Source: an uncultured Planctomycetia bacterium | Lineage (GTDB): Bacteria > Omnitrophota > Gorgyraeia > JABMRG01 | Direction of reading: 5' to 3' | Assembly: GCA_964493115.1 (NCBI GenBank) | Contig: CAZBNF010000001.1 | Location: 1,786-65,785, forward strand | DNA: 64,000 bases | Shown: piece after piece, positions 28,401 through 31,127 of the stretch | Layout of the letters: each line of letters starts with the position of its first letter | Position numbering within the stretch: the stretch's first letter is position 1 | Notes under the pieces: generated by a model | What the model was told of the DNA's origin: nothing | The model's database searches: none | Seen by the model: only the letters and a program-made list of their open reading frames with translations | Translations under genes and position numbers: made by a program

Positions 28401-30212
28401 TTGTTCTCTAAAAAGCCTTTCAAGTTCTACGGCTTTATCTTTATTTTCTGCGGCACTTCTTTTGGCGTCTTCTTTATCCTGTTTTGCTTTAGCTAAGAGC
28501 CTTTTTGCCTCTTTAAGCTCATCTTCTTTCTGCTTTAAAGACGCTTCAAGTGCTTTTGACTCTGCTATTTTCGATTTAAGGGCTTTATTTCGTGCTAATA
28601 AAGCTATAATTGAAACTATAGGAATACCTATAAGTAATAAGAGTGATAAAATGGCTAGCGTTTTTTGAAGGGCAGAGCTGTCTTGCCAGAATCTGATTAA
28701 TGTGTGGGGGGCTTCTGTCTCTTGTTTAAGTTTTTGTTCATATACTTTTTGCTGAGCAGAGAGCTCTTTTTCAAGGCTGGCTACCTTTTCTTCCTGCTCT
28801 GTTATTTTATCCTGCTGTTGGCTGACTTTATCTTCATAGGCCTTTGCTTGCCTCTGAGAATCTTCCAGGCTTTGGGCAAGAGTTTCTGCCTTTTGCCTTT
28901 GCCCACCAAGCTTATCTTCTAAATCCCGGGCCATTACTTCTGCCTGATCTGCCTGGCTTTGTAGTAAGTCCTTAACTTCTGTTATTTTTTCTACAAATTC
29001 GTCCTGAGCGCCTGTAACCTTATCTTGCAATTCAGAAAATCTTTCTAAAACCTCTGCTTTTTCTTCCTGTAAAGACTCTACATCACTTTCTAAAACCTGA
29101 GTTCTGTCTTGAAGCTCAGCAATCCTTTGTCTATCCTGTAATCTTTCGCGAGCTTCTCTTAATTGCCCTAATGGTTGGCGTCTTAAGCCCTGTTCTTCTA
29201 AATCTTGGGCCAAGCGCCCCATATCAGGCGACCAATACAAGTAATTGTTTACCTGCTCAAGGCTGCCTTTACCTTTTCTTAAGGAATTTAAAGCCATTCT
29301 TAACCGTAATAGATCAGCACGAGAAAGTGAGTCGTCTTTTTCAGCGCCACGTAAGGCCTCTACTGTCTGTCGGCCAATTCTTACGCCCTCCCAGAAGGTA
29401 TGGCTGTCCCTGTCCGCAAGCTGGCATATCAGTGAGGCTATTTCAGAATACCTTACTGCTTCAATTCTTTGTATATCAACCTGCTCTTGTTGCGTTAATG
29501 GTATTATAACTTCCGCGGGTTGAGTTTGCGCATTAGACATGCTGGCCAGGCCCATTGTGAAAATAAATGCTGAGATAAGCAGTATGTTTCGAAGTATTTT
29601 AGTGGGGTTTAAATTTTTAAAGAATGTGGGTTTTGCAGATGAGATACCTGATGAAGATGACTTAACATCCTGCTGCTTGATTTTAGGAAGCGGCATACTC
29701 TCTCTGCCTGTTCCCGCAGCTATATCTATTTTACTTTTAAGATAATCTATGTCTAATGCCCTGATAAGTTCAATTGTTTCAGGGTCTATACTGCCTAAAT
29801 CAACGCCCTTATATCCTAATGCCCCCTCTATTTCTAAACTAATAGGATTTGACTTTACAGATTGTGCTCTTAAAGCAGAGTCTTTATTGAATGAAAAGTC
29901 CCAATTACATGCCCACGAGATATCGTGGAGTAAAAAGGCAAGGATTATAACTATAGAAATGATTTTAAAGATAAAACGGCTGGTCTTATTACGTTGCCAC
30001 ACCATGAATAAACCTCTATTTGAGACGTTTATATAATCTTTGAAAAAAGACTTATAAAGATAATAGCATAATTCTAGTTTTCTGTCAATAAAAATTTGTA
30101 CTTTTTTGAAGTTTTTTTTGTAAGTGTTTGGGTGATCTTTTATATACCCCAATTGCTGCTTAGCAACATGGTTTATTATATCGCCAAACATTTGCATTGT
30201 AAAGCGGTTCAT
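4452..30212 (-). CDS. Giant multidomain membrane protein (8586 aa), midasin-like. From N to C it carries N-terminal TM and signal-like segments, a long coiled coil, a HAD-like domain, HEAT/PBS-lyase repeat arrays, internal multi-TM blocks, six AAA+ (AAA_5/MoxR/dynein-midasin type) ATPase domains, an HExxH motif region, and a C-terminal vWA/MIDAS domain.
   Basis: A single uninterrupted ORF of 25,761 nt. It contains six Walker A motifs (GETGVGKT or GPTGSAKT/GPTGGGKT types), a DxSxS MIDAS motif (VLDESGSMGSS) with a downstream VITDGQGNG, a HAD DxD motif (MIFDIDNTLTD), and a long array of AAEALGxxGDxxAIxPLIxAL-type HEAT repeats. Its start codon overlaps the stop of the upstream small ORF (ATGA). 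Confidence 0.85.
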   Translation of the reverse strand: MNRFTMQMFGDIINHVAKQQLGYIKDHPNTYKKNFKKVQIFIDRKLELCYYLYKSFFKDYINVSNRGLFMVWQRNKTSRFIFKIISIVIILAFLLHDISWACNWDFSFNKDSALRAQSVKSNPISLEIEGALGYKGVDLGSIDPETIELIRALDIDYLKSKIDIAAGTGRESMPLPKIKQQDVKSSSSGISSAKPTFFKNLNPTKILRNILLISAFIFTMGLASMSNAQTQPAEVIIPLTQQEQVDIQRIEAVRYSEIASLICQLADRDSHTFWEGVRIGRQTVEALRGAEKDDSLSRADLLRLRMALNSLRKGKGSLEQVNNYLYWSPDMGRLAQDLEEQGLRRQPLGQLREARERLQDRQRIAELQDRTQVLESDVESLQEEKAEVLERFSELQDKVTGAQDEFVEKITEVKDLLQSQADQAEVMARDLEDKLGGQRQKAETLAQSLEDSQRQAKAYEDKVSQQQDKITEQEEKVASLEKELSAQQKVYEQKLKQETEAPHTLIRFWQDSSALQKTLAILSLLLLIGIPIVSIIALLARNKALKSKIAESKALEASLKQKEDELKEAKRLLAKAKQDKEDAKRSAAENKDKAVELERLFREQQKPDTEAHQQPQEAPAVAKPLAPAVPVAQAVPAKPAEPTEKPVAAAAIPPVREVKKIDADPAEDLEHNAKRITELEKKTDDVEKQLGVFLDGMTKQHKITEPPAENEDLTEWLKSAREQLKELEAARDALAQMGKAVDALYKQVEGLKGDISEKPVAPDVLEKTEPRAPPAQTTPEKQKALLESLGANMQAKYVQRLARYTKVDLAKRADFIKNELGIDVGEGKYIGLLTVSEETLKKKKALLDELNLPVKPYLFKMGEARLMARASKRQEAVAAIVQEKPKAPQEDIDQLLKDQDSLKEKIQALATREKELQSENTALSNEIARLRQEKNNLTKEIADLEQRLINIQSAIDKKEKEKLQASAPEAAGPQQQIQSLENTKSALEQDVQNLNIARASIEKEISTLSDNRTSLQEELNNIQKQIPQARDTLSILVSEIKKKQQQEKALEDRIATLKAEEEKSDQHIKEAKNRLDSINSGLSRLSAEKTQYESDIAELAKRKKAVEDKLSSEQNELSALTEKLTNLRAQAAEIIGEKGEKETAEKDKASDKVSQIDNLNSKIQDLLAQITQKNEELQSAQKQKDTLEEEVSRLTKQKDSLLEKTSQLEQDLRGITQQLQSLKSVTQAQQSALAMLTKEKEILSARLDGIRSEISQSEKIHEKLNSEITQLKSQRQTLALDVEKLAGQKESLEQELSRLRKEKEEIEKPKVILPKATPPQPYRAMIFDIDNTLTDVTKEIDMKMLNELLSLLGQGVQIALITTQGLDEVKRYIIDKAAAKDKKLLNNLTIYTAAGARCNRFDENGNLIDTPVYDASENTPLATNKECEKTIAKAIREKIDSKAKLHYRQGLLTVSGLKDRKKAFGELIDLFKANGWPLVPRVAGGRTIHILTTGANKAVAAEHFIRDVVDEKYQQKTPGEALLIMGDSFYPGGLDLDFKNALYKAHIVSVGGKPEGSLLASLGKDGIRFSEDLVSKKGWPATYEILKYIREFQQNILKIYETKIMTEEEAKEQARRRTPEYMISQLFDNIPQHDQNIWAVLNNLYPFKDSKAEIKAMLIDLAKKDASLSRIIESLYSSISQGGRIKKEDMLSVQDYDQFKRQAGLKESFDATPSSIENGLGFTYNGRQYKLVLAPRDILDLIGGYISADCTDPGFANGSPFLKYVLGHIRSPGFLKFRLYKQLTQGQWEWAGNVYTAAARNKDNQAVLLIDALQLPSKDAGPFHTMPKPREKNPPFNNLQESTGVGEQIIGTLTKYAQDTGFKQVWLGFVSNFYAPNGGLVGYFQKKYAREYTATLPPLSRENKASEIVPTDSETAYQSRLAGLGLAPIGVDKEILDSFPRKDPWTWRGFARIWPIEKIKPPVPEVKAETEPVVEEAPTKPIVKPESTAPVEEKPKLISAKNVRVIIEKALKDLGLEDPAVRFYNTEEMQKVLEIWESLEEIDSAVLRELMQLYVDGVGGDVIENILKLENIRLSAIRYLEEIYAHPYYYIKDNDVQGKPINRKVSYSDDFLNSIAHLLCVLGSPIGISRTLNSLMRLIFASLIEHQYQQDPAGWRRVRENSTKTLKSLLQHIVDTIGDPAIMGIREVFDKYATRESSEYLKSAGKDKLLEGYGPSEACILLAGALMQLGDKEGFLFLKDALYSKSEEVQEWAKYAFYSVHNPNALRLLPDILTLDRIYHKSNAVRMSYVQPIKDGIPEDKDFIDRVLKAIDSYQKGKKDRGSIKYLQNAARLGKEPQASKAQQVLSVIEKKAEVEVKSPALQVKPPVSEVKAETAPVVEKAPPAVTPPISKAKIEKAPEVPRDERTETKIKFSQKEIEEFVNSLVSENEQKRLAARNSLIAIGLPIVRLLIEKERSIPWHDYDRFESEVLDIFVALGKPALEYLLNSWREGKNVNPLIVGHALAKAKDLRAIDPLINVIETQVDTKKTQAEDSLAALGNAGGLELMRCLENPLWIVKKHIARSLRKINDPAGLKASELILYILDKNKTKVLERSNDIIKLLILAFFEESDKEIINFIIECIEDMDENIVKEALNKKIEETKNDTTLAVASKNERLKRLVKISRELIIKQPLLDILNDKESNWDLLRLSALELAKFKIRNPKVEIISLLCEFKDRTDMFDKKFPESRALTQPPVEFIDRIKEIQIDPELISILLKSLTSLDPDDSIKVNAIRALGFVGAEEAIAPLTNSISGGKTGLEAILALGKIGAGLATPTQTEKRSYIVQTLIDKYPLSIIGNERLKIELMRAITIALAEAGGRDAIRFLVTKASWERWISLVGEVDVYILTQPFEDTRAIIKDVLNSSYEIDRISKTARRPESEIIKELKNLLERVNQEEQNINQAISKSKLPKSGMLDRAKRWFKGPKMFLMGLVIVSSWLGFTPQIHAQQPVPEEHIMRTTQPSEEETKIELPTVRQRPQAIPQQTVETPEKTEQQRLEEEKARIERQKRAEAARIEQERKRQEERIKREQEQAERKRVEAERRRLAGMVFKWIGLSILGLGSIVGAGYLIKASVENSKAVGKGIGKAIKHTVLLPYYFGKYLIYYPISGFIKGVEKTEEFIKGQIEEKRVGKEITAASVFFMVYCFYLLYSIGMHEELLKKSSPSVNELAKLLNNISITTMWVTFGFLGFLSLFATVRYIIKKKLSRPVSGVALFLVIAFSGISGFIGYKTAVYFSSKESANRITAIKGLTEHKQRGSRDQKIIISLIEALSDRETSIREAAAEALGICGDSQAIKPLIEALNDSSYEVRRAAVASLNRLGVIENTTDTELLKKILGLNSELQSKVTDAFVRIGRPALSSLADMLRDINNSQYQDTAKAALVRIGKDHPQQVMQAASKVLSNDNPSVRRRAVEIVSELNNPQAVDFLMRASSDSDWEIREHAVKALARVKTDSQEASILRSIDNYDENALVNMGKPAVSFLISALDGPSRHHTYRRDGLNRADFAAKILGIIGDKAAVEPIINAMQNRRINWKIAIDALTQLNDSRAVEPLLLMAKGRYDKDFDIQVVVEAIIHISGADPTPILLKALQDNDDEVCRTAAMVLARSNSPDIIKPFIERLDDRESDIVNISIQTLGRLRAEKAVRPIIRILKNSTISGEHLIYPLKAEHNRPYYGSRNLEIKRSIVEEALVQIGRPAAMPLLRISDHEKTGEEAQNILAKIGPEAVSPLVERLNHWNPSARKQSVELLTRIGVPAIPSLIQAFGSDAYTVREGALNALLDINNPDASINLLIPALQNQNEDVRWRAAIALAQMTDKQAVGPLIGITNDKSVRVRKAAVQALGSNGGFDTAQSIGPLMERLQDDDLFVRKAAIVSLERASLNYQFRNLVAHRIAASLRDSDWRVRAVAANILGNFSYSQEIINSLTPYLDDPNPYVRRQTVFSLGRLSPPNIQIFLNKALNDPDEYVRLTTAKAIEEIIALDNVYIDRFLQRILHHGENIRKTAIAELKEKSNSQIVYRLVRVLASQESPETERAHALNAIKMLDTQGVRALIVGLESKDVLTRQLSAEALVSIGKPACDELVANLRNENPLTRQALLNVLVRIGAPSKRALTNSIWDKSDLELSGLAKAVLWKIDYLEAQKTHQNLHFNYVTWPEIKKWARVLAPSYLIILVGIGGLFGFIKYIREQKTKRKASSILRHVGLNQKPMIIAEAFIRSGLNIELRINSNYKDLITSKEKGMLEKVLSELAASGNLQAIQKITKIKIVTGNDRLMHLDKNTHEIIIDKDAFKSYYLLFMEIEHELQHILVESLNRRAPPVIEELTVLRHEIMRFLSFVPSQQEEVLSVLKADNDLDDRKFHEILTYAQNYGIEKIPDLLIKYIRQFYPKDLQHGLSAAIMVVLRDKVISLWQDLHSKRIASYLGTKYDIEPKIANLMVRFHRKMVADIHKRNIGENKLEPYEFTLRELYKWAKFYQRFHTQWGAATSFIKGAVYVYADRMENQKDKDRFYYNINALSLDLEVLELADYKEGRKIDLLALLSKEQAINNIVKNDRDITIGDLKIKINVSTDSEYIPSRQSAELVLIPRTIEDLEKVALAVDLNDPVLLIGETGVGKTSLVRDLAFLTKNAFRRFNLNGQTDKLEFIGGFKPSHTYLTREDAIDIINQAVAASTRQEQRILAESVGLITGGKISFPKAKKLIQDALSARRWELVANVAEAIAHKKGLDKQKGVKFEWYNGILIESMQKGHWLVLDEINLAEPEVIERIRYLLEPKGYLKINEHKGEQWLQAKDYDKLVNEYAGSHTGTRENLIKQAITQLSARGIFRIHPNFRIFATMNPPEYEGRKQLSPALMNKFRVKWIRNFTQDEICEILRKKYHLNDDIINRLSNFYAELAGISGKEGELGKEIGQPYYFTIRQFFRLALRIQQWLSRLSNIPSPEIINKQLALEAQEVYGDSLKSEADQRLFKGLLRKEQVFGCEPPQVDTEIKIDEPKNKVYFGDVALPINKKGGLFIPTSKAELAPIPATKKNLRNLARSIEMKENLLLVGPTGSAKTASLTNIAYLTKNNFIRLNLDSQTDIGDLIGKNIPKEGTSEFLWQDGDLIRAMKEGYWLLLDEFNLAEPEILERINSLLDDDGSLVVTEHKGEVWIPGYVYDEKKANGENMANLRRIHENFRLFAAMNPEHYAGRNRLSLAMKNKFIEKWFSGDFSPEELKEIIRFYLAKEGLFKGPPIQGKSLDTIIEVMASVHMSILNKIRENRFNRLALSGNAEDYNFSLRDLKDWAEFIRNLVMQIGEGVIAKSVEDNRQQLNEKREILTMISDPVKKQEYIEKLKEVKLNPLEGLLQREKNADNKQKLASRIIKIKEEITKISDPQKIEEYKKELQSGIEKTMQSIAFFEQIKTDPHNIWYWGINRAIFDGAIYIYCDRLYGSAARTKEHISGDKDIFYKEILGPIFTQAVQSGIGGLEAISVEEERELLGEGVSFNELISQGKSEGMDIASQKLAAKFVDLTLGFPKELREKYLIHIFSNLTNPDKQIHGIYGFALLPKGIALELIDAALEHPNSKIKQAAMETLSQVFDPRDKNFVNEFTPFAAKLAVFLSDDNQDLRLTSALVLEKLEWVEWEQKAIPRLSQNPGKRPDKLPWDKTLQRLIRLKDSSGDYLGIFGFLKKKSTIISLLLISSAVMIFATPFILQASSFSLSTALIAFLGYLFGSRIWRFNKENAATYLVTGTIVAGLLTLPVILALYTTSSILVFSAYLSIFSGVFGISFGLLDLLGQSYYLIYLPQLQILSARYKKLALDLEDFYSLLEKTKEGKFIHFPFESEEKLNYFNTWYGKLTLLSGFILGIIFNISLFHTAKIDSLPVIPIIGWVPQWTQIAFGAITGGAFGYFISSFTILAATTFREIVYKPIKAIYGDEIKKREWIGFREILSSYGPLIIETFKKYRNALLESNNIVASIKKEATSKDDMLKTLRPDAIKRLDNGALIYKIFVPAPLQDSGNTQVFIPESENSELIPVIDTVKALKQISLSVLLDDPVLLIGETGVGKTSLVRYLANLTRHSFRRFNLSGQTDKTEFIGGYKPDLSGVFKWKDGILLEAMLYGHWLVLDELNLAESQVLERLNSLLDDDRTLVLAEHLGEHFKSIGVYEEKKRQGAEEFFDEFRKVNYLVDSDGRRIYCVHPDFRLFATMNPAEYAGRKILSPALMNRFRVKWIDELTTTEKKLVLLEKYYAKETGALKDDIEKHFISGDGSLDRLGIVHERISTAAKLREIGKDAVDPYHYSIRDLLKLGKRVARIIDLEENNTSMPLDGYQRDDILMRELWEVYSDRIRDEDEQDFLANELIRIAFEKQSVLGQSPQIVQSDSIFGDIVVPKNQRGGPYIPGREAILTHTQSTLHYLRRIAKAVMMNEKVLLVGPTGSAKTSFIRYIAHLTQNNFARMNLDAQTDTSELIGQYVPVEGKKNEFFWQDGMLVRALKEGWWVLFDEINLAEAEILERINSLLDDDSCLVITEHENEKLISSVEYEKKLDVFIKEYITSGVSKEEARQRAIEKLTKEKIFRIHPDFRLFSAMNPEHYAGRNRLSIAMRNKFTEIWISGDMSFEELTEITKGYLSEYSKGTIKGHALDSAAKAMVLFHTELQDIFKKLSVFTAEYEFSIRELRALSRYISMMSPKVGMNKAFNKGLAYIYIDRLHAKEFRYKNEKGEDSKTNDRKLFIEIIEDVLKGKQMAVPLLDLDYLKLYAIGRVPVEINFDSKSIDIEGAQVLVNKNNTLDYVPSEEVARLILTPQTKLNLSNIALSIILKEPLLLVGETGVGKTSFIRYLANKSRNNFRRFNLSGQTEKLEFIGGFKPDENGVFVWRNGILIEAMREGHWLVLDEINLAPSQIIERLNSLLDDDGFLVVTEHENEKWIQAERYDDQKKILLKSNTDAIKKDSNGAEYLVVKDTKLYRIHPDFRLLATMNPADAEYAGRKRFSPALMNRFRVKWIDELRRDPDTMDIIKELYGRELPAQLLDKFLDVHFQIKEKGRKLADGKIYYTIRHLMRWLNRIKDTTVKDENTLRRAAVLEGKEVYGDGLSEEMHQEELRKYLYDTLAEKFGSDFYDTDYQISSKGNKIYFGDIYLETNGRRDIYVPAHPLDLTPSTSKYLKKLAKAVLRNEPMLLVGPTGGGKTAFVRHLSDLVNINFISLDLDGQTDVAELIGQFIPEEKTNRYKWYPGALLQALETGSWILIDELNLAEPEVLERINSLLDDDGILVVTEHENEVYLPAKLYDTKFNKLKEEILKSGNITRDPATADSIAHAQLRKQGFYRIHPTFRLFAAMNPESYAGRMRLSLAMLNKFSLLWVSGEQPEEEQISIVKHYLAAPERETKETEIPNEFFKTISQPRTLFVKEARLEELSRQQSKQIESIIDKNEDIVNDIVLIAASEEHAGKYSVEFKQGYGEDLYAEFADIEKEINARRQKIDTERAIAISVGNAVSDIESIMQSLDNIAATKTSSAGSREGLERERKLFEEKIVIVERHDPQRTQELKDRFEQKFKEAESRIQATEAETAHKAQAEKERQEKEARLEESARAPQQELETKTVETKSTESKLDDIQEQLDLILKKNVKQQGTLGQIAKDPEDDLETMQKKLESLKSTSDALAQLSKKIDGMYKEIANLQEQLGKNPENLTSQKSSSAGLHITEAQQELSWFSRLNRWQKLQRVNSAMRKIELTAKFFGGDFNVKVQPHPGNEWGITYDTDPPTIVFPEKDLMKKNWRCNVATAMHEGSHRDITWVDPEFHESESNRFLFNAVEDPRVNNWIMAKYKGASSYFRDLYKETFPIDQKEPFHDSTVLPHIQYGLGLIHHWFYGKEHPAIKNKRVLDVLQRTREDAIRAYETLPGTISVTKERGNRITISSPVFKPMSIDLPHIGQRQYLGQPDISAIQRIDENKIVLTTARGHKEIISLSEGETHHIVINLSPSAEEKISAAQNAAWIIKHNILPAYNELVEDSKSIAKQNNSRTSGKGASSQQQQEKANQEVEQKSKEAADALGRKFPIDEELEKTVSEDKTAGSSRVKKDAGRADTKNQVIKGSADKTDEKKTASDALTKEESRERKDSKSKISEGVGQPQGLMDRSIPASKSEKSLSALEQIELREKLDQDSKRKLTRYDEYYLPMTRLIEQLFGVLDNELHKDIKPKYKGDYSTGPKLNLRKAMQMEQTADMDIWLRRVKPTKRSFKFALVLDESGSMGSSDKVINAMHSLVLLQEVLSRLDIDFSVIGFSERAWIHKEFGKKFRYENKDSLISEVLSYMARGQGTNDAEAVELAIKELESQDGDSKIAIVITDGQGNGRESVTKYLAEAHRKHIEVIGIGIGYAMEYVKDVYKPFILVNEIDDLPKVLAKVLIDIIVHQKPASEVGVNSLSKTAEMQVKSSSAGSYNEEHLALEKREQAIEVLTQKGKEIVPVLLNTIEKTNSISQMEGLAEVLGKIEDIRALPVLQRLQQKHRSSLILEKAVMRLLSSANAQRSITSDTLMTPQETTVTTPAVDIRSNRIDPANLRNLKNRNSAIQKAA
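4950..5480 (-). other. C-terminal von Willebrand A (vWA) domain with a MIDAS motif, part of the giant protein.
   Basis: The minus strand encodes RSFKFALVLDESGSMGSSDKVIN at ~5405-5460 (DxSxS) and KIAIVITDGQGNG at ~5120-5160. Confidence 0.75.
6650..6950 (-). other. HExxH motif region of the giant protein (zinc-metallopeptidase-like, possibly DUF2201_N-like). It is followed by a K/E/S-rich low-complexity linker leading to the vWA domain.
   Basis: CNVATAMHEGSHRDITWVDPEF is encoded at ~6790-6840, with HEGSH at 6804..6818. The Ser/Lys/Glu-rich linker is encoded at ~5600-6300. Confidence 0.4.
8000..16600 (-). other. Six AAA+ ATPase domains of the giant protein arranged as three tandem two-domain modules. 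A multi-TM block (~12400-13250) lies between module 1 and module 2.
   Basis: Walker A motifs are encoded at ~16262-16285 (LLIGETGVGKTS), ~14941-14989 (LLLVGPTGSAKTA), ~11967-11990 (LLIGETGVGKTS), ~10843-10890 (LLVGPTGSAKTS), ~9661-9710 (LLLVGETGVGKTS) and ~8583-8640 (LLVGPTGGGKTA). Each is followed by NFxRxNLxGQTD and Walker B (WLVLDEINLA or LLLDEFNLA) motifs typical of MoxR/midasin AAA_5 domains. Confidence 0.8.
17750..20330 (-). other. PBS-lyase/HEAT-like repeat array of the giant protein (~860 aa). It is flanked by TM segments at ~17560-17650 and ~20400-20960.
   Basis: Tandem ~31-aa repeats of the form xxVRxxAAxALGxIGxxxAVxPLIxxLxDxD, e.g. REAAAEALGICGDSQAIKPLIEALNDSSYEVRRAAVASL, encoded ~20130-20270. 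Confidence 0.7.
25600..26245 (-). other. HAD-superfamily hydrolase-like domain embedded in the giant protein.
   Basis: Motif I MIFDIDNTLTD is encoded ~26218-26240, and a downstream LLIMGDSFYPGG (motif IV-like GD) at ~25625-25670. Confidence 0.55.
26250..29320 (-). other. Long coiled-coil (SMC/apolipoprotein-like heptad) region of the giant protein, interrupted by a Pro/Ala-rich spacer and a TM helix.
   Basis: Roughly 1000 aa of E/K/Q/L-rich heptad sequence, e.g. LEQELSRLRKEKEEIEK and LQEEKAEVLERFSELQDKV. A P/A-rich spacer (KPLAPAVPVAQAVPAKPAEPTEKP) is encoded ~28260-28340, and a TM helix (AILSLLLLIGIPIVSIIALLA) at ~28600-28680. Confidence 0.6.
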
Positions 30213-30451
30213 AAAAACTTTTTGCTACAATTGTATAAAGATATTTTGATAGAGATCGCCTCTGGTGATTGGGGGTTCTTTACCGACTTACTTCTCGTAA
30301 AATCAACAATCCATGCCTTCGGCAGCCATGCTTTCCGGTTGTCAAATTCTATCAAGATAGCTTTGCGGGTTTCATGCACAAGCAGAACATCTACCCATAT
30401 ATAGTCATAGTAAGCGTATGGAGCTTTAAGCAACCGCCATATATTAAACAT
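30209..30451 (-). CDS. Small hypothetical protein (~80 aa), translationally coupled to the giant gene.
   Basis: The ORF ends in a TGA overlapping the giant gene ATG (ATGA at 30212..30209). The likely start is ATG at 30451, with AGAGG 5 nt upstream; the ORF track uses GTG at 30457. Its function is unknown. Confidence 0.5.
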   Translation of the reverse strand: MFNIWRLLKAPYAYYDYIWVDVLLVHETRKAILIEFDNRKAWLPKAWIVDFTRSKSVKNPQSPEAISIKISLYNCSKKFL

Positions 30452-30893
30452 GGCCACCTCTCTTTCTTCTTAGGCGCTCTGCGCCGAGTTGCATCCATGG
30501 TGGCATTTCGTATCTTTGCTGAGGTTGGCATACCCGCTTGCGCTCACTCGCACGGACAAGCAGCTTGCGGTATTTAATCTGTAAAGTATTAACTGGTAAA
30601 TCCTGTAATTCTACCCACACCTTTGGCTTTTTGTTCTTATATCCGCGAACCATCTCTTTCTGCGTTGTTACAAGGCCCATATTGATAAGCTCCTGCCTTG
30701 CCTTATAAATGGTGGCATTTGCAAGGCTTGTTGCCTCTCTCAGCGCCTTAGCGCTGTAACAGCTCTTCCCTTCTACCCCGCCTGCTAAGACATAAAGAAT
30801 ATATAGCTTTGATGCTGAAGAGGACATGTCTCTTAAAAAACCTAATTCTTTTAAGTCTCTGTCTATCCAGCCAAATGGGTATAATTTTCTCAT
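30444..30893 (-). CDS. Winged helix-turn-helix DNA-binding protein (149 aa), a putative regulator of the giant-gene operon.
   Basis: SKLYILYVLAGGVEGKSCYSAKALREATSLANATIYKARQELINMGLVT resembles a wHTH DNA-binding region, and the C-terminus is basic. Its stop overlaps the downstream small ORF by 8 nt. Confidence 0.5.
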   Translation of the reverse strand: MRKLYPFGWIDRDLKELGFLRDMSSSASKLYILYVLAGGVEGKSCYSAKALREATSLANATIYKARQELINMGLVTTQKEMVRGYKNKKPKVWVELQDLPVNTLQIKYRKLLVRASERKRVCQPQQRYEMPPWMQLGAERLRRKRGGHV

Positions 30894-30924
30894 GCAACCC
30901 CGCTATGCTTAATTTTGGTCTTGA

Positions 30925-30958
30925 GATTGCTTCGTCGCTTCGCTCCTCGCAAAGACGA
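30925..30958. repeat. Copy A of a 34-bp direct repeat (gattgcttcgtcgcttcgctcctcgcaaagacga), ~30 nt upstream of the wHTH gene start.
   Basis: It differs from the copy at 31128..31161 by 1 mismatch in 34 bp. It also has an internal 5-bp inverted end (tcgtc...gacga). Confidence 0.7.
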
Positions 30959-31075
30959 AACATTCAAATACTCTTTATTTCTCTTTACTCTATTTAATAT
31001 GTATAGAGAGTTCAAAATCTGAAACATGCTATACTTAAAGCTGGTTTCAAAAATTGAAATATGCTTTTGGGATTG

Positions 31076-31116
31076 GGGAAAAAGAAAAAGGGAAGTTAGA
31101 ATGTTTCTAACTTCCC
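31076..31116 (-). terminator. Rho-independent terminator downstream of tRNA-Glu and the gyrA operon.
   Basis: An 11-bp perfect stem (gggaagttaga / tctaacttccc, loop atgt) at 31090..31116. On the minus strand it is followed by CTTTTTCTTTTTCC. Confidence 0.65.
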
Positions 31117-31127
31117 TAATGCCTTGG

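Noticed and set aside
4426-30036. Dozens of 60-180-aa plus-strand ORFs inside the giant gene (e.g. 7648..8034, 22177..22710, 26728..27168, 27797..28105, 29171..29509).
   Set aside because: All are antisense to a continuous 25.8-kb ORF. They are low-complexity (S/L/F-rich) and sit in frames generated by the coding bias of the opposite strand, with no Shine-Dalgarno sequences or domain signatures. I treat them as spurious.
4452-30212. The possibility that the giant ORF is an assembly chimera or a frameshift-fused set of several genes.
   Set aside because: There are no stop codons over 8586 codons. Codon usage is consistent throughout, and the domain order (AAA ring, linker, MIDAS) is coherent. 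Repeats at 23072/24287 and the tandem AAA modules are divergent enough to assemble. I cannot fully exclude this without reads, so it is noted under could_be_checked_by.
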